Positions 1 through 7,723 of a stretch of DNA of 39,705 nt are shown here, in pieces; positions within the stretch are counted from its first letter, which is position 1, and each line of letters opens with the position of its first letter. A program made the position numbers and the translations under genes. A model generated the notes under the pieces. It searched no databases. It had not been told where the DNA came from and saw nothing but the letters and a program-made list of their open reading frames with translations. Origin of the DNA: a virus (taxonomy: Duplodnaviria; Caudoviricetes); the IMG/VR virus record IMGVR_UViG_3300048080_000499, positions 1 through 39,705 of that record; one strand, given 5' to 3'.

Positions 1-429
1 CGCTGAGGCCCGCAGGGAAGAGTCGAGCATCAGCGTCAGGATCGCCAGGTCGCGCGTCCCGCCGTGCGTGGCCGTGTCGCAGACCGACACCACCGCCATC
101 GCCGAGCGCCAGTCCAGCACCCGCTGCTTGCGCTTCGTCAGCTTCGGGTAGGGCAGCGCGGAGGCCGGTGAGGCCTCGCCCAGCGTGTGCCCGAAGAACG
201 AGCGGAAGCTCGCCACCGCGCGCTTCACCGCCGAGGCCCCCACCCCCGCCGCCCGCCGCCCGGCCAGGTAGGCCAAGAGCTGCTCGGCGGTAACATCCCC
301 GACGGCCACCCCCGCGAAGGCGGGGGCCCGCGCCAGCGCGCCCACGTCCCAGACGTAGGCCTCCACCGTGGTCGCGCTCTTGCCCGACACCACCAGCCAG
401 TCCCGCCAGGCTGCCATCGCCGCCAACAT
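1..429 (-). CDS. Tyrosine recombinase/integrase (XerC/D-like), N-terminal part, runs off the left end
   Basis: Not in ORF track (no stop in window). Manual translation MLAAMAAWRDWLVVSGKSATTVEAYVWDV...SAVKRAVASFRSFF...RDLAILTLMLDSSLRASA shows the SAM-like domain and box I catalytic Arg; GGAGAGG RBS upstream. Confidence 0.85.
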   Translation of the reverse strand, partial: MLAAMAAWRDWLVVSGKSATTVEAYVWDVGALARAPAFAGVAVGDVTAEQLLAYLAGRRAAGVGASAVKRAVASFRSFFGHTLGEASPASALPYPKLTKRKQRVLDWRSAMAVVSVCDTATHGGTRDLAILTLMLDSSLRASA

Positions 430-473
430 GTCACCACCTCCTCCGGCGCCACTTTAAATAAAAGCGGCCCGGT

Positions 474-502
474 GTAGAGACGACCCGCCGGGTCGTCTGT
501 AC
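474..502. repeat. GTAG-headed REP-like palindrome
   Basis: gtagagacgacccg-c-cgggtcgtctgtac. Confidence 0.55.
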
Positions 503-531
503 TCCGCGCCGCACGCTGGCGCCCTCGTCGC

Positions 532-554
532 GACTCACAGGGTCTCTGTGAGTC
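532..554. promoter_or_regulatory. Perfect inverted repeat, operator-like, between int and the early operon
   Basis: GACTCACAG-ggtct-CTGTGAGTC. Confidence 0.4.
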
Positions 555-559
555 TTAAC

Positions 560-588
560 GGGCGGGGGTGTCTTCCGCACCCCCGCCC
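560..588. terminator. GC-rich hairpin, possible terminator
   Basis: GGGCGGGGGTG-tcttccg-CACCCCCGCCC; weak U tracts on both sides. Confidence 0.4.
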
Positions 589-626
589 ATTCTTCCTATC
601 CCCCATTCTATAACGGAGTGTCAACC

Positions 627-995
627 ATGCCGGAATTTCGCAAACTCACCCACCTGCTCGACCACCTGCTCAACGCCGCCTACCAGCAGCGCAACGTCCA
701 CCAGAAAGAGACGCTCCCGGGCGGCCTGACCATCGAGCTCTACATCACCGCGCACACCGCGCAGCCGGCCGTCATCCACCTGAAGCTGAGCCGCACCGGC
801 ATCCCGCCCTCCGCCAAAGAAGCGGAGACGGTCTTCAAGCACTGGCCGTGGGAATTAGAGGGCGGCGCGCCTGCGTGGAACTCCTTCAAGACCGCCAAGG
901 TGTACTCCATGACCACGCACTTTGACCTGCCCGACGTGCGCAACCACTTCGCCGGATTGAAGAAGCCGCTGCCGGAGGCCGACGATGAAGACTGA
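627..995 (+). CDS. Hypothetical protein
   Basis: GGAG RBS, GC3-rich codons, overlaps next gene. Confidence 0.75.
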   Translation: MPEFRKLTHLLDHLLNAAYQQRNVHQKETLPGGLTIELYITAHTAQPAVIHLKLSRTGIPPSAKEAETVFKHWPWELEGGAPAWNSFKTAKVYSMTTHFDLPDVRNHFAGLKKPLPEADDED

Positions 996-1236
996 AGGCC
1001 TGCGCTACTCGTTTCACGAAGTCCGGCCCCCACGCTGGGCCGATGATGCTGACCTGTGCTTTCGCATCCTCGACGGCCAGCGCACCCTGGCCCGCGCCAC
1101 TGCGCGCGCCGACGCCCTCAAGATCACCCGCGCCCTCAACCGCGAAGACCTGCGCCTCTTCGCGCAGCGCGCGAAGGTAGGGACGACCGCCCGCCCCACG
1201 CCCAAGCGCCGCTACCGCTCCAAGCGCCAGATCTAG
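985..1236 (+). CDS. Hypothetical protein, basic C-terminus
   Basis: Operon continuity and codon bias. Confidence 0.65.
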   Translation: MKTEGLRYSFHEVRPPRWADDADLCFRILDGQRTLARATARADALKITRALNREDLRLFAQRAKVGTTARPTPKRRYRSKRQI

Positions 1237-1268
1237 CCTGTCCTGAGCGAAGTCGAAGGAGAATCCCC

Positions 1269-1571
1269 ATGCACATCAAAGCCGAGAAGACCACCACGTT
1301 CGTCATCCGCCTCACCCTCGGCGAGGCACTCGCCGTGCTCACCGACCCGGCCCCGCTCCAGAAGGAGATCCGCGCGCTGCTCCCCGCAGAGTCGAAACAC
1401 CCTCGCGTCGGGGCGACCCGGCGCGTCGCCCGACCGGAACCCGCCCGCCCCCCAAAAGCGCGCAAGACCATGCGCCGCGTCACCTGCCCGGAGTGCGGCA
1501 AGGAGATGGGGGCCAGCGGCCTGGGCAACCACCGGAAGAAGCTGCACGGGGTTGCCCCCGCTGCGGCCTGA
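1269..1571 (+). CDS. C2H2-type zinc-finger protein
   Basis: Start MHIKAEK after GAAGGAG; C-terminal CPECGKEMGASGLGNHRKKLH. Confidence 0.7.
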   Translation: MHIKAEKTTTFVIRLTLGEALAVLTDPAPLQKEIRALLPAESKHPRVGATRRVARPEPARPPKARKTMRRVTCPECGKEMGASGLGNHRKKLHGVAPAAA

Positions 1572-1579
1572 TCGCGCCC

Positions 1580-1699
1580 ATGGCCACCGACACCCTGAGC
1601 CAGTCGAAGGGCCACTGCATCCACTGTGAGTGGGAGCTCACCGTCCCGCTCGCCGAGCGCCTGCGCCAGAGGGCCGAGGGCGAGGCCCCGCGCCTATGA
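1580..1699 (+). CDS. Small CxxC protein (39 aa)
   Basis: MATDTLSQSKGHCIHCEWEL...; fills the gap between neighbours. Confidence 0.5.
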   Translation: MATDTLSQSKGHCIHCEWELTVPLAERLRQRAEGEAPRL

Positions 1700-1703
1700 C
1701 CCT

Positions 1704-2501
1704 ATGACCGCCTACACCCACGTCCCCAACAGCTACCAGAAGCCCAACGTCTTCGTGGACGAGATCATGCGCCTCCTGTCCCCCACCCAGAACATGGTGC
1801 TCGACGCCGCCTGCCGCCAGATCATGGGCTGGGAGACCAAGCGCGCCGCCCGCCGCGACCGCATCGCCCTCTCCCAGTTCGAGACACTCACCGGCCTGAG
1901 CCGCCATACGATCCTGGCCGCCCTCGCCCACCTGGCGACGGCCAATCTCCTGACCCCCATCGGCACGCCCACCGGCCGCACGCCCCAGGAGTACGAGCTC
2001 AACCTCGGCCAGCGCGGCGATTACCGCTGGGACTTCCTGCGCGACCATCCCCCCTATCGGCACAACCCGAGCCTATATGTGGCGGGTAGTAGCGGTGCAG
2101 CCACTGAACCGCTAACGGAGGAGTACCGGTGCTTAAATCCCCCCCTTAGCGGTGCAGTCACTGACGAGTTAGCGGTGCAGTCACTGCACACACCAAACTC
2201 ATTAAACTCAAAAAGGGATAAAGATATTGATTCTATCTGCAAGCAGGCCCTAGCCCTGGCCCGCAACCTGCTGCCGCGCGCGACCTTCGACGCCCACCTG
2301 CTCGACGCCCGCCTCACCTCCGGCGACACCCCGGGCGCGTTCCGGCTCTACCTGGCCCGCCCGGAAAGCCCCAACGCCCGCGTCTGGCTGAAGAGCCACC
2401 TCGAACGCCACCTGCTCTTCGCCTTATCCCAATTCACGGAGCCCGTCGTCGCGCTCGACTACGACTTCGCGCTTCCCCCAGGAGACCCCCATGCACCCTA
2501 A
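1704..2501 (+). CDS. Phage replication initiator (lambda O-like N-terminus, DnaA N-terminal-like C-terminus)
   Basis: PN..VDEIMRLLS...RQIMGW...DRIALSQFETLTGLSRHTI wHTH; internal iterons; C-terminal LPRATFDAHL...ARVWLKSHL. Confidence 0.8.
   Translation: MTAYTHVPNSYQKPNVFVDEIMRLLSPTQNMVLDAACRQIMGWETKRAARRDRIALSQFETLTGLSRHTILAALAHLATANLLTPIGTPTGRTPQEYELNLGQRGDYRWDFLRDHPPYRHNPSLYVAGSSGAATEPLTEEYRCLNPPLSGAVTDELAVQSLHTPNSLNSKRDKDIDSICKQALALARNLLPRATFDAHLLDARLTSGDTPGAFRLYLARPESPNARVWLKSHLERHLLFALSQFTEPVVALDYDFALPPGDPHAP
2090..2240. promoter_or_regulatory. Putative replication origin: three 17-bp iterons plus AT-rich tract inside the initiator gene
   Basis: TAGCGGTGCAG(C/T)CACTG at 2090, 2147, 2170, followed by A-rich 2190-2240. 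Confidence 0.75.
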
Positions 2502-2704
2502 CCCGCTCGTCCCCCGCCTGGTCGTCATCAGCCTGACCTGCGGCCACACCGTCACCCTGGGCATCCCGCCCGAGGTGGACCCCGACCCCCGGCGACCCGC
2601 TCCACTGCTACACCTGCGACGCCGACGTGCAGGTGGTGGGCGTCGTCACGCACACCGACTACGCCGCGCAGACCCCGATTCTCCACGGCGGAGATCAGCC
2701 ATGA
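2491..2704 (+). pseudogene. Zn-ribbon protein split by a +1 frameshift
   Basis: LTCGH in frame 0, then PGDPLHCYTC...GGDQP* in the +1 frame after the C5 run at 2586-2590; stop overlaps next ATG (ATGA). Confidence 0.6.
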
Positions 2705-2940
2705 ACCCTCTCAGGACGGATCTGACCCCCACCTATCCCCAGCCCCTCACCCTCGCCGACCTGCCGCCCCGGCGCCCCTACCGCCTGCTGGCCTCGCCGC
2801 GCCTCACCGGCCCGCAGACCTGCGTCTTCGAGACCGGCGAGCGCGAGGCGGCCGTGCTGCGCATGGCCAGCCCGGGTTTCTGCTGGGCAATGCTCGACCT
2901 CGGCTTCCGCTACCTCGAGCTCAGCTATGAATTTGCTTAG
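2701..2940 (+). CDS. Hypothetical protein
   Basis: MNPLRTDL start with GGAG RBS and ATGA coupling. Confidence 0.6.
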   Translation: MNPLRTDLTPTYPQPLTLADLPPRRPYRLLASPRLTGPQTCVFETGEREAAVLRMASPGFCWAMLDLGFRYLELSYEFA

Positions 2941-2965
2941 CAAATTCACCTATGGAGAAAATCTA

Positions 2966-3223
2966 ATGTTCAACCGCCGCCATTCGTCGACACCCGACTC
3001 CCCCCTCCCGCCCGCCTTCTGGAAACCCGCCCGGCTGCTCTTCCGCTGCGTCCTCCCCGCCGCCGCGACGGGCTGGTACGTGGTCCTCTTCGGCGGGCCG
3101 CACCTGCTCGCCTTCGTCGGCCCGTTCCTGGGCCTGGCCGCGCTCCAGGAGAGTCTGCTGTGGCTCTTCCGCTTTGCCCGCCGCATGGGCGCGACCGACT
3201 ACGAGATCTTGAGAAAGGAGTGA
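2966..3223 (+). CDS. Small membrane protein
   Basis: GGAG RBS; two hydrophobic segments. Confidence 0.6.
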   Translation: MFNRRHSSTPDSPLPPAFWKPARLLFRCVLPAAATGWYVVLFGGPHLLAFVGPFLGLAALQESLLWLFRFARRMGATDYEILRKE

Positions 3224-3225
3224 CC

Positions 3226-3453
3226 ATGACGCCTGAAGAAATCCAGGCCCTCACCGAAGAGCGCCTGCGCCGCTGGACGGCGAGGCTCGTCGCCGAGCAC
3301 GCCACGCCGATGGTGCTGGTCGCCGTCGGCCACGACCACGCCAGCGGGAAGATCGTGATCTGCGCCCTGGAGGACGGACCGATGTCCGAAGACGAGGCGA
3401 TCCGCGCGCTGCTGCGTTACGCCCTCCACCACCTGCGCGACGGCGTCTGCTGA
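3226..3453 (+). CDS. Hypothetical protein
   Basis: AAGGAG RBS, MTPEEIQAL start. Confidence 0.7.
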   Translation: MTPEEIQALTEERLRRWTARLVAEHATPMVLVAVGHDHASGKIVICALEDGPMSEDEAIRALLRYALHHLRDGVC

Positions 3454-3492
3454 CTCATGTCCGCAGACAACAGACAACCTTAGGAGACCCCC

Positions 3493-5082
3493 ATGACCAC
3501 CCTGACCCCCCTCCCGCTCAAACAGCTCTCCAACAACCCCTATCAGCTCTGGCCGCTGGACCCCGCCCACGTCGCCGACCTGGCCGCCGAGTACACCCTC
3601 GGCGCGCCCCTGCCCCCCATCGTCGTCCGCAGCAGCCCGACCCCCGCGAAGGGCTACGAGATCGCCGTCGGCCACCACCGCGTCGCCGCCCGCCTGCAGC
3701 TGCATCTGGCCGACGTGGACGCCGAGGTGCGCGACCTGACCGACCTGGAGATGGCCCGCCTGGCGGTCGTCGAGAACTTCAAGCGCCGCCTCCCCTCCGC
3801 CCTCGACAAGGCCCACGCCCTCCAGCGCCTCACCACTCCCCCCTTCAACCTCTCCCAGGCCGACGCCGCCCAGCAGCTCGGCTACGTCAACAAAGCCACC
3901 GTCTCCCACCTGCTGCGCCTCTTGACTCTGCCCGCCCCCATCCAGGCCCACGTCCACACCGGCGCCCTGCCCGAGCGCCTGGCGCGCGGCCTGGTCTCCG
4001 TGGCGCGCTCGCTCCCGCAGGTCGCCCTGGCCGTCGCCGACCAGGTCGCCAAGAGCGACGACAAAGAGTCCACCTTCGACGACGCCCTCGGCGACGCGGT
4101 GGCTAAGTATGGCCGCCCGATGTGGGACGCGCCCTGGTTGCCGAAGGGCACGTGGACCGGCCCGGTCACCTACGTCGCCGCCCTGGCCGCCACGCTCGGC
4201 CTGACGGTGCTCCCGCCCTGCACGGGCTGCGAGTTTCACCTGACCGTCCACGGCGAGCAGTGCGCCCGCCCGGCCTGCTTCGACGCCAAGGTCACCGCCT
4301 GGCGCTGGGCCGAGGCCGCGAAGGCCGCCAAGACTCTGGGCCTGGCCGTCGCCGCGCCCGGCGAGCAGGTGAAGCTCCTCTTCGACGGCAACCCCACCGA
4401 CAAGCGACTGGCCGAGGCTGCGCTCAAACTCAAACATGTTAGCCTGCGCCTGGTCCCCACCGCCCGCGCCATCCGCGACTACGAGAGCGAGACGCGCGTG
4501 CGCGCCGACCTGCTCGGCTCGCCGTTCGCCGCCCTGGCCACCACCGACTGGCCCGCGCTCAAGAAGGCCCTGCCCGAGTCAGTCACGGCGAAGCCCGCCG
4601 AGAAGGCCGCGCCCAAAACCAAGACGCCCGCCGACTACGCCCGCCAGTTTAAAGCACAGGAGGCCGAGCACAAAGCCAAGGAGGCCGAGTTGACGCGTCT
4701 GGTCACGGTCGCCGCCGAGGTCCTCGCCCCGCTTCTGCCCGACCACGAGCGCCTGCTGCAGTTGCTGCTCGAGGGTTGGGACTGGGTGCACGGGGCGGCG
4801 AAGGCGAAGAGCCTGAAAGCGAAGAAGATCGCCGTGATGGCAAGTCTGATCGAAAGTCACGCCCAGGATCTGCTCGACGGCGACAACGACTGGGACACGC
4901 CCGACGGTCTCCGCGCCGCCCTGGTCGCACTCCTCGGCCTGTTCAAGCGGCCCGTCCCTGCGGCCCTCGCCGCGCCGCCCGAACCGAAGACGCCGACGGT
5001 TCGGCACGCTCACCGGGCGAAGCCCGCCCGCCCGGCGAAGAAGGCCAAAGCCGCCAAACGTGGACGAAGGGCGAAGCGATGA
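3493..5082 (+). CDS. ParB/Spo0J-family protein with long C-terminal extension
   Basis: NPYQ...LPPIVVR...YEIAVGHHRVAA...AVVENFKR, HTH SQADAAQQLGYVNKATVSHLLRLL; later CxxC..C cluster and Lys/Ala tail. Confidence 0.85.
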   Translation: MTTLTPLPLKQLSNNPYQLWPLDPAHVADLAAEYTLGAPLPPIVVRSSPTPAKGYEIAVGHHRVAARLQLHLADVDAEVRDLTDLEMARLAVVENFKRRLPSALDKAHALQRLTTPPFNLSQADAAQQLGYVNKATVSHLLRLLTLPAPIQAHVHTGALPERLARGLVSVARSLPQVALAVADQVAKSDDKESTFDDALGDAVAKYGRPMWDAPWLPKGTWTGPVTYVAALAATLGLTVLPPCTGCEFHLTVHGEQCARPACFDAKVTAWRWAEAAKAAKTLGLAVAAPGEQVKLLFDGNPTDKRLAEAALKLKHVSLRLVPTARAIRDYESETRVRADLLGSPFAALATTDWPALKKALPESVTAKPAEKAAPKTKTPADYARQFKAQEAEHKAKEAELTRLVTVAAEVLAPLLPDHERLLQLLLEGWDWVHGAAKAKSLKAKKIAVMASLIESHAQDLLDGDNDWDTPDGLRAALVALLGLFKRPVPAALAAPPEPKTPTVRHAHRAKPARPAKKAKAAKRGRRAKR

Positions 5083-5363
5083 TTCCCTTCTGGCCGATCA
5101 TCTGGTTGCAGGGGCCGTGCCTCGTGGAAAGCCCGGCCCTGACCCTCACCGTCGTCGAGCGCGTCCCGCGCCCCTGGCGCGAGCGCCTGCTCACCTGGCC
5201 CTGGCGCCCCTGGCAGGCGGTGCGCCTCGTGTCGCACACCGTCCCGGACCCCCATGTCTACCGGTTCGGGCCCGCCTGCCTCGTCGGCCATCCGCTCACG
5301 CTCACCCGGATCCGCAACGCCCGCTATCGCGCGCAGTTGCGCGCCGAAGGGAGACTCAACTAA
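5079..5363 (+). CDS. Hypothetical protein
   Basis: ATGA overlap with the ParB stop. Confidence 0.6.
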   Translation: MIPFWPIIWLQGPCLVESPALTLTVVERVPRPWRERLLTWPWRPWQAVRLVSHTVPDPHVYRFGPACLVGHPLTLTRIRNARYRAQLRAEGRLN

Positions 5364-5506
5364 TGCGCAAATTTCTGATCGGCATTGAGCTGTTGATCGT
5401 GGGGGTGGAACTCGCCCTTCTCGCGGCGAGACGTCACTGGGCCCTGCTGCCGCTGCTCATGGCGCTCGTCCTCGCCGGGCTGGTGTTCCTCAGCCTGGCG
5501 CGATGA
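5363..5506 (+). CDS. Small two-helix membrane protein
   Basis: TAATG overlap; MRKFLIGIELLIV... Confidence 0.6.
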   Translation: MRKFLIGIELLIVGVELALLAARRHWALLPLLMALVLAGLVFLSLAR

Positions 5507-5572
5507 AGGATGAAGGATGAGGGATAAAGGATGGATCAGATCTCATCCTTCATCCTTCTGCCTTCAGCCTTT
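5502..5572. repeat. Inverted arrays of heptamer repeats (GATGAAG / CATCCTT)
   Basis: gatgaaggatgaaggatgagggataaagg...tcatccttcatccttctgccttcagcc. Confidence 0.8.
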
Positions 5573-5576
5573 CACA

Positions 5577-5927
5577 ATGACGAAGCCCTGCAAGCCCTGC
5601 CCCTGCCAGCGCCTGGGCCACGTCCGCCCGCAGTGCGTGCGCGGCCTCACCGGCTGGCTCGACGCCGACGGCCAGCGCCGCTTCGACTCGCTCCACTGTG
5701 ACCTGGACAGCCGCCTGTTCCTCGACCCCGTGCCCGCGCCCCCGCCCACCCCGGCGCGCTACCGCCAGGGCAAGCGCTGCGCCGACTGCGGCCGCCCCGT
5801 CACCGATGGCTCGCGCGGCCGCTGCCGCTCATGCTCCGCTAAGCTCAACGGCGCGAAGTCCAAGGGCGGCCCGCGCAACGAAGCCTGGGCGCGCCGGTCG
5901 CTGGTCGCGAAAAGGCGGGCGCGATGA
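5577..5927 (+). CDS. Cys-rich Zn-finger protein
   Basis: CKPCPC and CADC...CRSC motifs. Confidence 0.65.
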   Translation: MTKPCKPCPCQRLGHVRPQCVRGLTGWLDADGQRRFDSLHCDLDSRLFLDPVPAPPPTPARYRQGKRCADCGRPVTDGSRGRCRSCSAKLNGAKSKGGPRNEAWARRSLVAKRRAR

Positions 5928-6118
5928 ACTACATCCTGAGCGGAGCCGAAGGAGGGCGCGATGTCCTGCTCGCCATCCTGTTGCTCTGGTTCTGCTTCAC
6001 CTGGCTGGCCTTCGGGCTGCTGTGGGCGGTGTGGGCGGCGCTGCGCGCGCGCCACGGGCCGGTCGAGGAGACCACCGGGATCGGCGACAAGATCGTGATC
6101 GTCTCACGCTTTGAGTAA
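5924..6118 (+). CDS. Small membrane protein
   Basis: ATGA overlap; long hydrophobic stretch. Confidence 0.6.
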   Translation: MNYILSGAEGGRDVLLAILLLWFCFTWLAFGLLWAVWAALRARHGPVEETTGIGDKIVIVSRFE

Positions 6119-6180
6119 AGGATGAAGGATGAAGGCGGAAGGAAGCATTTCATCCTTCATCCTTCTGATTTCATCCTTTA
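6117..6180. repeat. Heptamer inverted-repeat hairpin at the convergence of early and late transcription
   Basis: aaggatgaaggatgaagg...ttcatccttcatcctt...tcatcctt. Confidence 0.7.
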
Positions 6181-6662
6181 ATTGCGGCGATGAGCGCGTC
6201 CTGCTCGTCTGGCGTGAGCGGCAGGTCTTCGACGTCGGGGCCGACGTAGGCGGCCTGGCGCGCGGCGGGGGAGGCGGCCATGTCGGCCAGCCCGGCGCGT
6301 GTGACCACGGCCCAAAAGTCTGCGCCGAAGACGGCCCGGAAGAGGTCGATGACCTTCTGGTTGATGCGCGGGGCGAAGTTGTGAGGCGTTGCCGGAGGTG
6401 GCTCAGGCGGGCCGGTGTAGATCGTGACGTTGATGTTCACGGCGGCGCGGTGGCCCTCCAGGCTGGCGATGAGATCGGACAGGTTCATGTCCGGCGTCTC
6501 CTCGATGTAGGCTTCCAGCCGGCTGCCGCCGAACGATACGGGCAGATCGTAGACGCCGTTGACCTTGAGGCCCATGCTCTCCAGCAACTGGCGCAGTTGG
6601 TCTTTGGCGGGCCGCCAGTTGGCGAATGCAAAGCCCGCGTTGCCGTAGAGTTTGCTGGTCAT
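6171..6662 (-). CDS. Hypothetical protein, last gene of the late operon
   Basis: Start MTSKLYG after GAGGAG; codon bias. Confidence 0.7.
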   Translation of the reverse strand: MTSKLYGNAGFAFANWRPAKDQLRQLLESMGLKVNGVYDLPVSFGGSRLEAYIEETPDMNLSDLIASLEGHRAAVNINVTIYTGPPEPPPATPHNFAPRINQKVIDLFRAVFGADFWAVVTRAGLADMAASPAARQAAYVGPDVEDLPLTPDEQDALIAAIKG

Positions 6663-6684
6663 CGGTGCTCCTCGTCCAGACAGG

Positions 6685-7116
6685 TCATCCGACCTCGTAC
6701 ACCATCCCGATCTCGACGTCGCTATTCGTGGCCCCCCAGGTGGGCGGGTAAGCGCTGATCCCCACGATTTGTCCAACGCCACCGCCGCCGTTCACGCCGA
6801 CGACCGCGTGCAAGACGTCCAGGTGCAGCGACCTGAACGGCAGATTGTTGATGACGGTTGCGCCATACGTGCTGGCGGTCGTGTTCGCACCGCCCGCCGT
6901 GATGACCACGCTGACCTTGACCAGCCGGTCAATGCGTGTGAAATAACCCACGTAGGTCGGTGTCCCCACCACCGTCAGCCCCGTCCAGGCCGGCACCCAC
7001 ACCCCGCGCTCGACCCGCCATTCGTTGACACCCGCCAGCCCGTCCAGCAGCCGCCCCAGCTCCCGCCGCGCCCCCGCGTCAGCCAGTCGCTCGATCAGCT
7101 CCGAAGGTAATGGCAT
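6685..7116 (-). CDS. Tail fibre C-terminal-like beta domain protein
   Basis: GVWVP...GYFTRIDRLVKV...NLPF pattern typical of fibre head domains. Confidence 0.55.
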   Translation of the reverse strand: MPLPSELIERLADAGARRELGRLLDGLAGVNEWRVERGVWVPAWTGLTVVGTPTYVGYFTRIDRLVKVSVVITAGGANTTASTYGATVINNLPFRSLHLDVLHAVVGVNGGGGVGQIVGISAYPPTWGATNSDVEIGMVYEVG

Positions 7117-7155
7117 CCGCTTTCATCCTTCATCCCTCATCCCTCATCCTTCCGT

Positions 7156-7689
7156 CTATCCCCCCCGCCCCACCCCGGCCCGCAGCCGGCGGTAGGCCAT
7201 CTCGTCGTCCAGCAGGTCCCCCGAGTTCAGCTTCAGGAACGTATACGGCCGCCCCGGGAAGGCGCGCTCCACCGCCGCCTGATCCGCCCGGTCGCGCTCG
7301 CGCTGCTGCAGCGTGCGGTTGTGCCAGTAGTCCCCGTCCACCGCCACGATCACCATCCGCCCGAAGGCCGTCAGCACGAAGTCCAGCACCTGCCCGCCCG
7401 GCTGAAAACCCCCAAAGATCGGGAACTGGAAATCGATCTCGCTGTCGTCCCAGCCCAGCCGCCGCAGCGTGCGGTAGACCCGCTCTTCCAGGTCGCTCGC
7501 CGATTGCCCCTGCACCACGAACGGCCCCACCGCCTGCGTTGACATCGTTGACCGCTCGCGCAAAATGCTCGGCCCGTGCGGCAGCGGCCGCCGCTTCGCC
7601 GCCACGACGCGCGGCCGGTCGAACGGCCCCTTCCCATACCCCGGCGTCTTCCGCTTCCCTGCCTTCCCATAGAGAATCATTCGTGTCAA
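7156..7689 (-). CDS. Vsr/DUF559-like PD-(D/E)xK nuclease-fold protein
   Basis: SDLEERVY...FQFPI...LDFV...VAVDGDYWH...RDR. Confidence 0.7.
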   Translation of the reverse strand: MTRMILYGKAGKRKTPGYGKGPFDRPRVVAAKRRPLPHGPSILRERSTMSTQAVGPFVVQGQSASDLEERVYRTLRRLGWDDSEIDFQFPIFGGFQPGGQVLDFVLTAFGRMVIVAVDGDYWHNRTLQQRERDRADQAAVERAFPGRPYTFLKLNSGDLLDDEMAYRRLRAGVGRGG

Positions 7690-7723
7690 TTCGTCTAATT
7701 CGTGTAATTCGTGGCAAAGCTTT

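Noticed and set aside
451-478. ACTTTAAATAA upstream of the Xer-like gene as a dif-like site
   Set aside because: Only one arm resembles a Xer box; no second arm after a 6-bp spacer
1242-1259. CTGA...CGAA repeat as a hammerhead ribozyme core or RNA K-loop
   Set aside because: Lacks CUGAnGA/GAAA and stems I and III; it is antisense in most transcripts, so an RNA-level function is unlikely
5680-5703. Possible reverse-strand copy of the hairpin element (cttcgactcgctccactgtgac)
   Set aside because: Lacks the CTCAG core; too degenerate to count
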